From Eledone cirrhosa (taxonomy: Eukaryota), in NCBI GenBank assembly GCA_964016885.1, contig OZ024745.1, positions 99,696,001 to 99,760,000 of the forward strand: DNA of 64,000 bases, given 5' to 3'. A program made the position numbers and the translations under genes. The notes beneath the pieces are model-generated. The model saw nothing but the letters and a program-made list of their open reading frames with translations. It had not been told where the DNA came from and searched no databases. This document shows, in pieces, positions 51,809 to 64,000 of this stretch. Each line of letters starts with the position of its first letter. Position 1 is the stretch's first letter.

Positions 51809-54800
51809 GATTCACTAGTTTTAAATGAAAAAGTAAAGTCATTTTCGCACAAATGCTTGCTAAATTCAATATATGAATTTTAAAGCATTATTTTAAGGAA
51901 TTGTATCATTATCAACAACTACACAAGATTGTTAATAATATATTGATTACAGAAACTGTGCCACACAGGGCTGGCTTAGCTGAAGAGGCAACAGTGAAAG
52001 GCCCATTAGTTCTAAATATTTAAATTTCCAAAATCTTTAAACTTATACCAACATAGAAAGAAAAAAGAAAAACATTCTAAAAGAAAACACAAATATCATG
52101 ATTCAGCTATATAAAGAAAGATCTATAAAACCTACAAATTATATAGTCAATTGTTAACGAGCGAGCAAGTGAATAAGAGTGTATGTGAGTGTGTGTATGC
52201 TTATGTAGATTCTAAATACTTGTAGCTTTCTCTTAAATACATCAAAATGAATATAATAGAAAGACATTCCAGTTTATAAGGACATTATTAAACATTAAAG
52301 ATTTATTCTAATAATTCTTTCAATAAACATTTGTAATCAAAGAAATCTAACTTTCCCTCATTGCTAAATAAATATGGCAAATATATATTTTTTTAATAAA
52401 TTCTCCTCACTATTAATCCTATCTTTAGCTATTTGTGATATTTTTATCTTCACTATATTTCAATCTGTTTAACCTTTTTAATTCATATCTATATGGTTCG
52501 AAACTGGATTTGAATTTCAGAACTGTAAAGATCATATATCAATCCAGAAATCAAACACCTTATGAAGATGGTGGAGTGAACTAATCAAAACAGTCATCAT
52601 CATCATCATCATTTTACACAGGCTTGCCATGCTGACACTGGTTGGATGGCTTGTCACTGTCCGAGACTACATCAGTTGGAGAGACTTCATTTTGCTCATG
52701 CATTTCATATCTGGTATGGTTTCTACAACTGGAGGTTTTTTTTTTTATTAATGTCAACAACATTACATGTTCTGAGTGTATTTTATCATGGCACCAGTAC
52801 TAACACTTCAAAGATTTTGAAAATATACACATTTATGTATTACGTATATATAATTTTACACAAAGATAAGGTTACTTGCGCCCAAAATATTAACAACTGA
52901 GCTGAAGAATTTAATAATACATAACTTTATTTAGATGGCACCCTTTAAAAACAATCACACAAGACAAGTTTTGTGAGTTCTATACAAGAGAATTATAGTA
53001 TTTTCTTTCATTTGACTTATAGACAAGTGAACTTACATCAATAATCTATTTACTTGGCTCAAACAAATAGTTAATTTATACAGTTATCATTTACATTTTG
53101 TTTTTAAATCTGAAATAAAGATTATATGTAAAATAAAAAGAAATCTGTTTCCCTAACAAGATCTCATTAAAATAGTAAGTTATAAATCTTTGAAAATAAA
53201 TGTTTGAACTATTCTAGATAAAAATAGTAACTGTATTGGAATATATTAGTAGGTCATTTTTATTTATTTTATTCTTCATTAGTATAATACAAAGGTCTTG
53301 GTCTTTAAACCACAACATCTCAACAGTAACCATCCAAACAAACTATGGTGGGTGTGGAGGTGGGGGTGGGGCAGAAGGAATGCTAAGAGAGAATGTTTTA
53401 TTTATTTAGTTCTTTCTTATTTCATGGTCTCTTTTTAAACATAAGCACTACTTTTCTAAATAGCCGCAAGAATTATTTATGCCTGCTGGTAAATTGCCAA
53501 ACCAACTACTGTCTATTCCAATTAATCTACAGAACTGATTGGCAACAATGATAAACACTAAGTTAACATTTTGCCTAACTCCCCTACATATAAAAGAAAG
53601 TGCTAACACACAGTGTACCATTTACATGGCAGTTTTGTGACAAAGATCACTTGTCTCTGACGAAATATTCATACAATATTAATTCCAAAATACTACACGG
53701 TAAAATTTCAAAATAAACATTCTTCAAATTGATCCAGAATTTGAAATATTATCCTGAGTCTAGAAAAGCTGTTAATTAAAGTGTTATTAGCTGTTTATAA
53801 CAAAGACATTTTACAATGTAATATCTTTTATTTCACAGGAAACTATCACAAACTGACGCTAGTTATCAACTATTCTAACTGTTGGAAAAGAGATATTAGT
53901 TTTGTATATTTTAATATATAAATATAATCAAATGTAATAGCATCTTCTCAACCATAAAAAAAAGGAAAGAAATTAAGATATTAGAAAGTGCATAAATCCA
54001 AGAACTTTGAAAACTAAATAAATGAAAATAGAAATTTGTCCTAAATACTTTTGTTGGTAAACTGTTTGAACTTTTCCTCCCTCTGGTGGTCATTTTGCAC
54101 ATCAAGATAATGTTATTCTATGTTTTTTTCTCCATTTAATGATGGATACTCATTTCAGTAGTATACTATTCCATAGTCAGTCAATTGGTGCATCATGTTA
54201 GTTTAAATGACCTCTTTTGACATATTTCCAATCCAGCTGCTTGAGAGAGAGGGAGAGAGATGCCAGCATGAACCACACACACACACACACACAGATTGTA
54301 GGCTATAGCAAATAGGCAGAGAGAAGTGGAAATAATATTCTCTAGTGCTGGATTGAAAACTAGGATTTACTGAAGTATAACTGAGACTATTAGGTTTACA
54401 TAATTTAGCATATGGTAGCTTTGAAAGATTTCATTTATTGTAATGTTTACATAGGAAATAAAGACTTGAAAATAATTTAATTTACAAAACTTTATTAAGT
54501 ATCCAAGAATTTTGTAGTATCTTCAACTCCCATGAACTGCCTTTTCTGCTACCACACACCTCGCTCTGAACTTCTCTTAATCTTCCTCTTTTTTCGCCAA
54601 TCCTCTTTCAAACTTTATCCTACCACCATGTTTCCAAGTGTCCACACATCAGTAACAGCTAACAAACCATCTTTCAAATACTTGCAATCATTCTTAAGTT
54701 GATTCATATCATCTAACAAATTCGGTTTCTTTGTTAGAGCCTCCCTCACTTGCTTCTTTTAACTTGCACACCTTCAGGCTTGGTTGATATTTCCTCTGCT

Positions 54801-55858
54801 GACCTCTCATCCCAATGTTTCAACCTCAGGTCACATAACTAGATGGTTCAGTGTAACAACCCCCTCCCTTGCCCATGCATGATGTGTATCTAATGAGTTT
54901 GTTGCTTTCCATAAGGGATGTCAGGCACTTGGCCATCATAAATGGACTGAACTCACTTCTTATATCAACCTGGTCCCCCACCTTGAGTTTTGACTGGAGG
55001 GGATGAGGTCCACCACAAGTTACTTGGGGCTGTACTATCCCTATCTGTTATACACGAGGTCCTTTTTTGAGGCATTGTTTTATGGTCAGATCCCTTCTTC
55101 GCATTAACCTTTTTAGTCAGCTCCTACAACATGCTGAGATATGGAGTACCTATTCTAAACCAAGATATACATGTGAAGGAAATGAAAGTAAAAACTCAAA
55201 AGTGAGAAAAACAAAATCACTATTATTTCTAAATAATTGGAAATGATGACAGTAAAATATGAAAGAAATAAAGGTAAATTCCATATGTATTGAAAGAAAA
55301 AAAAATCCTATAAAAAGAGAAAGTAATGAAAAATATGCATTGCAGTTTCATCTTTGCAGCAGTTCATTGTCATTCAATAGTTTGTAGGTGAACACTATCA
55401 TCATTTGGATTCATGAAATTAAGTGAGAGATTCACAACCTTATATGTACAGTTACTATTACCTAATCCTATATATGAAACCCAACTGGTGGAGATGTACA
55501 AATGGTAGAATCAACTGGGGGGAAAGCTGTTTGAGCAGTGTATCTTGGCCAAATACAGCCAGGTGGAGCCCTCTTCAGTCGTGTGGTTCACTCTGGCCAT
55601 GTGGCTGTTGAGTTTCTTCTAGGAAACATGTCCTCCCTGACCATTGAATCCAAAGACAGAGAAATTTGTACACCCAGTGATGTGTCAACATCACCCCACC
55701 CCAACACATTGTTTAGGCTGTCAGATCTGAGACAACTCTCAAGGGATGCAGCTGTCAGACACCAAAAGTGTATGTGGTAGAATCCATTGAGGTATAATAT
55801 TTCTCAAATCCCTTCACTATATTTAAAAAACAAAACAAAAACACTTGATAACACTATA

Positions 55859-56980
55859 TCATCATCATCATCGTTTAACGTCTATCTTCCACGCTAGCAT
55901 GGGTTTAGACGGGAATTATCCTACTTGAGGCAAGATTGGTCGGGTGACCATGTCCCGCTCGTATAGGACTGTCTGGCAGGTTTTCTACAACTGGATGCCC
56001 TTCCTAACACCAACCACGTTTACAGTGTGGACTGGGCGGTTTTTACCGTGTTACCTACACGGCCACATTACAGCATGAACTGTGTTTTTTTTTTTTGTCA
56101 TGTCACCTACACGATCTCGATCTCATTATCTCATTTATTTGGACTGGATATTGTGGTACCAACATAACTTTACAGAGAGTGTGGAGAGGGGAGGGGGCGT
56201 AGGGGTAGTGGGATGGGGCATATATTTGGTTAAGAGGTGCCTACTGACTGTAAGTTTCGCTTTGTACATAGGCAAGGCGGGTCTTCTGTATTACTGTATA
56301 GTGCCAAAGATCTCAGTTCAGTGACATTGTCTTAGAGAGGTGTAAGTGTGTAAGGTCGGAATTTATCAAATCGTCCCAGGTTTTTCTGGGTCTACCTACT
56401 CCGTAACTTCCATCAATTTTGATCGCCCTGCACTTTTTTATACAACTGTCGTCTTTCATGCGCATCACGTGACCATACCAACGTAGTCGTCTCTCAAGTA
56501 AACAGCATCTGATCCTCTTATTCCTAATTTCTCAGTTCATTTATGCTTTGCCGTTCATGTATTACACATCCAACGGAGCATGGATGCTTCATTCCTGTCC
56601 AGTCTGTGCAGATCCTATGCACACAAAGCCCATGTCTCACTGCCATGTAACATAGCTGTTCGTATACAGGCATCATACAATCTGCCTTTCATTTTTAGAG
56701 AGAAACATTTAGTGGCCAATAGTGGTATAAGCTCTCTGAACTTTTTCCATCCCGTCCTGACTCTGGCTACTGTACTTTCAGAGCACCCTCCACCACTGCT
56801 GATTTTGTCACCCAGGTAACGGGTGTCCACTATTTCTATAGAACCATCTGGGCAATAGAAGGAGCTAGTATCCTGTGGGCACTTGCTACTTATTGCACCT
56901 GAGCATCGGCCACATATAAAATCTAGATTCTTAGATAGCTTACCTGTGATCCCACTACATCTTTTATGTACCCATCATCC
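55859..56980 (-). mobile_element. 5'-truncated RTE LINE (PHD half, C-terminus, 3' UTR, (ATG)n tail)
   Basis: WVHKRCSG..FICGRC, YLGDKISSGGGCSES..LHGSETW; homologous to 9200-9920. Confidence 0.92.
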
Positions 56981-57067
56981 AGTATTGAAATAAGGTTTCT
57001 ATAAATCATTGACTGACTTTAAAAGTAAAATTAAATAATACATCTAGATTTGAAATAATGTTTCTAT

Positions 57068-57284
57068 AACCTTTTAAGCATTTAAACTGGTCATATCCAG
57101 CCAGAATTCTCTTTCTCTTCAAAGCGGCTATAACCAGTCGCTCACACTGATGTTAAGGTGATGTTCAACAACATAAATAATATCAAATCTATGAGATTCT
57201 GATATTATGTGAGATAATTATGTAAGGTAAAGCCTTTATCATGAAAATATTATAGTAAATATAATGTAAATGCCAAAGAGTTAA
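57068..57284. mobile_element. MITE P1
   Basis: Family match. Confidence 0.82.
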
Positions 57285-57412
57285 ATCCTGAATAACAGCA
57301 TGTTTGGTATTAAAATAATGTTTCTTCAAATCACTTTACTCAATTTTCAAAGCAATAGCATTTATTTATATTTGAAAATGTTTTATCTGGTTTGTCCTTT
57401 CAGTAAGTCAAA

Positions 57413-57570
57413 ATAATTGTTTCTACTTTTGGCACAAGGCCAGCAATTACCCCGTAAGGATGAAAGGCAAAGTTAACCTTGGTGGGATTTGAACTCAGTC
57501 CGTAAAGGGACGTAACTCCACGCTGGAAAACATGGTGTCCGACCCTCTACCGATACTGCCAATCCACTGC
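57413..57570 (-). mobile_element. SINE A with internal deletion at ACCC microhomology
   Basis: caattaccc joined directly to cgtaaggatg. Confidence 0.85.
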
Positions 57571-58070
57571 CAACAAAACAATGAGGGGGATACAGTATTT
57601 AATTGTTGTAGACAAGCGATTCCCAAAGTGTGCTGGAAGAGTCAAGAGGGCCAACAAAAGGCAAGACAGGTAGAAGAAAGGTCAGTGGAAGGCAAGGAAT
57701 GGTGAGGCAGGAAAGGGAGCAAAGAATACAGATTAGCTGTTTTTCATAAAACTGTCACTTCAATTATTCAATAAATACTTAAAATAAACAATTATTAAAA
57801 TTTCATTTTCAATGTATATTTTTTGTTTAAGTATAAATATATACACACACACGCTTATGCACGTGCTCAAGTATAGCTCTTAACAAAACGCTTTTTTTTC
57901 CATTTCAGGTAGACGCACTCCATCATCCACTAAAAAACAAATCATACACAAAACGCCAGCAGCAACAGTTTTGCAAGAGATGTCAACATGAATGGACCTG
58001 TTATTTTTATCTAAAGATATTTTTTTCCAATTCCATCCTGCTCGTCCCCTCAGTCTATTTTATTTTTCAA

Positions 58071-58106
58071 TATTCTGATGAAGGACCAGCGTCCGAAACG
58101 TTAAGA
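58071..58106 (+). ncRNA. Minimal hammerhead-like motif (PLE-LTR type)
   Basis: CTGATGA-A-GGAC(CAGC)GTCC-GAAACGTT; stem I weak. Confidence 0.55.
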
Positions 58107-58534
58107 CCCTCTTCCTGTTATATCAAGCGTTAACCTAATATATACTTTCCATATACTGTACCGATTGTGTTATTTCTGTTTACCTTTCACACACACACAC
58201 ACACACACACACAGTGAGTAATATTAAATATAACCCAGTTATAAGTATGAATATAGCTCGATGTACTATAAAAAGTATCATACAGAGCTGAATGACAATG
58301 TAAATAACAATCAAAGAGTATTTAATCTTTCAAACATTTATGTTTGACAGCTTAAATACTCTTCGATTATTATTTACATTGTATTTTTTTGTTTATTAAC
58401 TTTATAGAGTAGGATGCTGATGAAATATATTCTCAAAAATAAAAAAAAAAAGTGGATGATAGTGCAAAAACTTTTGGGAAGTGCTGCTGTTGAGCAGCCT
58501 GTAATTTTTACCTGTCAGATGGTATTTTGTTCTA

Positions 58535-58729
58535 GGGTGGATTGGCAGTATCGGTAGGGTAGAGAGTCGGACACCATGCTTTCCAGCATAGTTACGTCCC
58601 TTTACAGTCTGAGTTCAAATCCCGCTGAGGTTAACTTTGCCTTTCATCCTTACGGGGGTTGATAAAATAAAGTACCAGTAATGTACTGAGTAATTGCTGG
58701 CCTTGTGCCAAAAGAGTAGAAACAGTTAT
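58535..58729 (+). mobile_element. SINE family A
   Basis: Family match. Confidence 0.9.
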
Positions 58730-58829
58730 ATGTATTATACTTTTGAGGTTGAAGTACTATATAAAGAGATGAGCAACAACATATGGCTAAATCAATAGGG
58801 CGCTTGGTTTTTGGGACCTTGTTGGGGGC

Positions 58830-59030
58830 TTGCCAGAAGTATGAGGGTCAGTGATGTCATGGGGCTAGGTAGGTGGTACTTGCTGGAAACATAAGGGTCA
58901 GTGGTGTCATGAGACTTGGGGGGGGGGGTCTTCCCGGAAGTATAAGGATTAGTGACATTATGGGGATGGTGGGGAACTTGCTGGAAGCAGAAGGGTGAGT
59001 GACATCATGTAAGCGGAAGTAGGACAAGGG
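58830..59030. repeat. Diverged ~50-bp tandem repeat x4
   Basis: CTTGC.GGAAG.AT.AGGGTCAGTGA..TCATG recurs four times. Confidence 0.7.
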
Positions 59031-60169
59031 TTGCTCTTTTGATTTCAAACTGTTGTAAACAAAGGACATGTTCTTGCCACGCACACTTGGGATATATATT
59101 TCTAGGTCCTGGACAGTAGTTTGGTGGAGAGGTCACTCATGGATATGCCCCATTCTAGACAATATCAACTAGTGAGACATCTTGTGTGGTAGGTGAGCTA
59201 CACTTTCCCATCTTTACAACAAACTCAAATCATGGACCCTTTGTTATTAGTCTACACAACTGATCCCTTAAAAAGATGTTGGACCCTGCTATATTAATGT
59301 TTCCTCGTATTTATTTTACACAAAAACAAAATGGTTAGCCCTATGGATTATGAGACACACTAGGAAGATTCATAAAAAAAAATAAAACAAAACACTAGCT
59401 TCATAAGCCAGCAGATAGAAGAAACATCATCTATTATATTTGTATTTAGTTTATTTATCTTACTGAAGAATATCTATTCTCATATGTACCTGTAGCTTCT
59501 ACCAATAATTGATCTTACAATCTATACTACTTCTATACAATTCTTTATTCAATGGGTTGGTTGATTCTGAAAAACATTTTATGGTCATTCATTAAGATAT
59601 TAATATACATAAAATTGTATCAGCTGAAACAGATACCCACATTGAAATATATAAGGGAGTTGAGAATATTGTAAGAATATACATAAAATATAAAATAAGA
59701 ATATTTAAGATATTTCTCTACGGAAGTTTTATCAACATAAAGATTACAATGAAACAATATTACACTGAACAAAAAGAGAATAACAAAACCAATTCTAGAA
59801 TGGCTAAGAAATGCAGAAAGAAAGAAATCAATTTTAGAAGAGAACTTTTTTGCAACTGACTCTCAATATCAACATCTGTCCAAAATGTTAAATCCATCTA
59901 AAACAAATTTCTCCATTTTGCATTTGAGAGGTGAGTAAGACACGAAGTGCAGCTGTATGAATTGGGATGTCCTTCAAGAGAAATATTTTCGAAATTGCTC
60001 AAGCTATTTCAAAGGTATTTTCCTTCAGAGAAATATATTTAAGTGTTGCTCTAAAATGTTAAACAAAGAACAAGAAAAGCCTCTTCTCTGTAAAGTCAAT
60101 ATATGCACCAACTGTAGAGATTATTGTGGAAATATTGAAAAAATTAATGAATTGGAAAACAAGGAAAGC

Positions 60170-61440
60170 AATTAATTCCTCAGAGATAGTTGTTATAAAG
60201 GGAATTAAAATAGTATTACTCCACTCATTCTTGTAATTGGATTCTGGATGGAATGGAGAAAAGGTGTAAGAAAGAGGATTATCAGCAGGCTAAACAGGAA
60301 GCAAGACTACAGATTTACTTAGCTGGAAAAGAAATTGAGAGCAAGAGGTTAAGCTAATGTTCAACACTGTAAGGATGAAAGGTATTAGGTTTTATGAATG
60401 GCAAAGCAGTGTTTGAATGAATATCAGAAATAACACTGGAGTCTTTGCACTAATTAAGAGTCATGAATGTATTACTATGAAATACTGAATAAGAGTTGGA
60501 TACTGAAAACCTATTCAAGAAGAATCAATGAAAGAGGAAGCTATGAAGGTTAATTCAAACAGAGTTAAGAAGACAATTAGAAAGTTTGGAAAACAGTTGG
60601 TTTATATAGTTACTACATGTTGAAAGAAAGTACCCTGTGATTTATTTATCAATAATACTTATGGTGTAGCAGTAATATTATAAACTGCTGCAAGGGTAAA
60701 GGAGATACACATGAGTGAGGAAATTACTGTGGCTTCAAACTAACTGAAACATGTTATTTAAGAGTCAATACTCTCATTTGTAGTGTAGGATAGGGTTATT
60801 TTGGTTTAAATTCTAGAATGACAACTCTAAGAACAAACAATTCTAAGTCATCAAACTAGAAAACAGCTTTTGACAAAATCCTATACACTTTAATTTCATG
60901 TATGATGAATCTTAAGATTGATAAATAACAAGGGTGTTGTAAGTAAGATAAGGTTTGGGAGTGGGTTCAGTAAAACATTTTAGTGCTCACTGGAGCTCTA
61001 ATTTTCCTTCTTTTCCTTAATACATTTTTTTTTTATATGCTGATGCTCTTGTATCCCATAGTATAATCTAGCAAAATTGTTTACAGTTCAAAAGAACAAA
61101 AGATAACATACTAAAGACCACAAAATTAATCAATAAAGAAAGGTTATAAGAAGTCTAGAGAGCTGTTACCCTTGTATAATCAAAAGGGTTATCTACTCTC
61201 TGTGGAACAGACTATATGAATAATATCTAAAAAATTGGATGCTGCGTGTTGACAAGACACAATGACTTTGCTAGATTTGCAATTGCTGGAGATAAAGGAA
61301 TGAAACCCAATACATTGGCTAAAATGCAGCTTTATATTCTATAAAACAATAGAAGTTTTATCTATAAAACTAATAACTACGCCCGTGTTGACCTAGAAAA
61401 AAGAACTTTAGACAAGATCCCACACTGTAGTCTGTTACAC
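60170..61440 (+). mobile_element. Highly decayed RTE remnants
   Basis: ataaactgctgcaagggtaaaggagat.. resembles 8465-8530; gttgacctagaaaaa resembles 8708-8725. Confidence 0.6.
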
Positions 61441-62769
61441 AGTTTCGGTCATGTACAAAGCAAAGTTATGACAGCTCACTTGTCTCTCCTCTTCTCATCC
61501 ACAATGTTGTGTTCAGCTAACCCCCCCCCCCCCCCTCCCTTCCTGTTCAAAACATCAACCTCCTGGAACTTGCTCCTTCCTTATGTTTTTTTCCAAAAGG
61601 AGTGGACTTGCAACAGTATAAGCAAAACAGCAATCTCTTTTGTCTTAGAGAGTCTGTGAAGGTCATGAACACAGCACCTTCTTCCAGGCTTACCAAATTA
61701 CACACACACACACTTACATGATGGCTGCAAACTCTAAGAGTATTGCAATCGCTTGTCAGATTACAGAAAATATACACCTTTAGGCTACAGCCAGCCACAC
61801 GAACCTGTAACAGATCTTGAACAAGCAATGCCTGTGCTTTGAAGGTTTTTTTAAGTGGGGAAAGGCCTTACACTCGACCAATCGCACTCTCTGAGCATCA
61901 AAAACACTACCCGAAAAGGAGAACTGGTCAACATCATCGGATGCTTCTGAGGCCGCAGGTTTTTTTCAGAGTTTCCCTCTCCTAGAAAGGTGTTGTGACA
62001 ACACACACACACACACATATATATATGAGAGAGAGTTTTCAATTTTTAATTATGACTCCACTCCTCAGACAACACTCATTGGTTGTAGTACCATTTTTGT
62101 GCAATGATTTCTCTCTCTAAAACAGAGTGAGAATGATAAAATGATTTTCATTTCACAAAGAGTTCTTTGCTTTGGCATTAAGCTTAAATTCTTTAGAATC
62201 TTAAATTTAAAAAAAATCTACAAAACCATTACCAAACAAATAGGTAACAATTTGAATCTAAATGTCCTTGGAATTGGTTTCTTATATATTGAGTTATTTT
62301 GTTCAACACAATGCTACCATTATTAGTATAACGTAATATGACATATTGTCATACTTTGCCATAGTGTTGTAATATAAGAATTTAATAACTATATCTTAAA
62401 AAGTATGTCTTCACTAAACAATTGAAATTAACTTAATTCAGAGCAAGTTATCATTTTATGATAGCATTTTAAAAGTGGTATATGTATCAAATTTAAAGAA
62501 ATAGTATACAAGTTATAAAGGCTAAATTAATTAAATATTAGGATTAATGAGTTAATCTAAAAAGACTTAAAAACACCTTCCCAGAAATATTGATACCCAT
62601 ATTTATTCATCTGTGAGGGTGGTTGTTATTGTGTTGTTTTATTCACACATTAAAGAAACAGCCTAAAAAAGAGGGAAAACCATATGAAGTGGAATCTTAG
62701 TGCCATTCTGAAGATATGAAAAAGAATACTCAAACTTCACAACCCCAATTATACAAGTCTAGACGGTGT

Positions 62770-63290
62770 GGGAGAATGATTTTGACAACGCATAGAACCC
62801 CCAGACGCAAGCCATCTTGTGGATCCAGCAGAGAGAATGGAGAACATATTGCCCTGGAGGATAACAAGGAAGGTATGTTGAAATAGCCATTCCAACTTGT
62901 GGGGCTCACTTCTGCAGCTGTCCAATTCTACCCAATAGTAGTGAGTAGGGAGGTTGTTCAGGGACCATGAACACTGGGTCTCCTCTGCTACAAGTTTGAT
63001 GGGAAGCCTTTTGACAGCTTGTGATTTTGCCTTGGTAGGAAACTAAAGTTGGGCCTGTTGCCAAATTCACTGGATTGCTGCTAAAGAAAGTATCACATGT
63101 TGTATCCCAAATAAGGGGCTTGCCACTGCAGGATGGGAAGATGGTGCTGCCATCTAGCATTCTACCATCCCCACAGTCAAACTCCACTGGCTTAAGCTGC
63201 AAAGGGAAGCCTGCAATGTCCAAGGCATGCTTAATGATCTCATTGAGAGTGGCACAGGCATTGTGATGGCATGACAATGAGTGAAGGTCA
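62770..63290 (-). pseudogene. C-terminal restriction-like endonuclease region of a CRE-like non-LTR element
   Basis: HSLSC..LNEIIKHALDIAGFPLQLKP..DGRMLDGSTIFPSCSGKPLIWDTTC resembles the H..LN.II.RAL..EP..DG.RPDG.T..PW..G..L.WD.T pattern. Confidence 0.7.
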
Positions 63291-63294
63291 AAAA

Positions 63295-63538
63295 CTTTTG
63301 ATACCAAACTGCCTGGGACCTCTCATGCAATAGTATTTATTTTAAAGAGTTCATATTTATCTAAAACACTCCATCATAATTTCATGCAAGAACCTTTAGG
63401 TTATGTTCCAAACACGCGCTCTCTAATTTAAAAGTTAGTTATATTACTAAATCCCTTAAAATTCTTGAGTGTTTTCAAAATGATTTAAAAATAATAAGCA
63501 ATGTTTTTCATTAGAAATATGATAATAAAAGGGTTAAA
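63295..63538. mobile_element. MITE P2
   Basis: CTTTTGATACCAAACTGCCTG..AAAAGGGTTAA. Confidence 0.75.
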
Positions 63539-64000
63539 TAAATTTGATCAATTTAATGTTTCTTTTCTACCCATCAAGGAAATAGGTATTACAGTATACT
63601 TTTTTAACTGACTGAGTATACTTTTCCTTCAATGCTACAACACACAAATTTAAAAATCTCTGGACATTGACATAAACCATTCTTGAATAATTGAAGTTTT
63701 ACTGTTAGAAGCTGTTTATTTATTTAACCTTAGAATGTTACAACGAATGCATAAAGCCTTCCTTCAGTAAGTAACACTGTAATTGGAAATTTGCAACTTA
63801 CTATCTGTGCAATAATGCAATTCATCAGAGTGGTGATGAAATGCTTAATGTGTAAATGTTATGAGTAGATAACGTAAAGAGGAAATTAGTGGTTACACAT
63901 GATACTTAAAAAAAAAAAAATAGAAAATCGGTGAGAACTAAAGCAACAATTTTTAGAATAGAAAAAGCTTATTCAGACTAAATACAATATAGTTTTAAAT

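Noticed and set aside
57890-57915. Plus-strand TTTCAG|GTAGAC ratchet-like site
   Set aside because: Weak donor and located in a probable PLE remnant

Overview
AT-rich eukaryotic, repeat-dominated DNA with no convincing long host-gene CDS. The SINE families, TTAA-MITEs and long microsatellites suggest an octopod cephalopod (inference), probably intronic or intergenic sequence. It contains a near full-length but disabled RTE-clade LINE (APE + RT + PHD-like finger, ~6.7-10 kb), other RTE fragments, a CRE-like RLE fragment, ~20 copies of a tRNA-derived SINE, TTAA (piggyBac-type), hAT and Tc1/mariner MITEs, non-autonomous Helitrons, a tRNA-Pro pseudogene and tandem repeats. The most striking unannotated signal is about a dozen minimal type I hammerhead-ribozyme-like motifs from several sequence families. 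Eight lie in 14.3-18.4 kb, mostly as inverted pairs in long fold-back repeats, and one is linked to a Penelope-like GIY-YIG C-terminus. There is also a strong minus-strand AG|GTAAGA recursive-splice/micro-exon candidate at 48.3 kb. All calls were made by eye; boundaries of degenerate elements are approximate.
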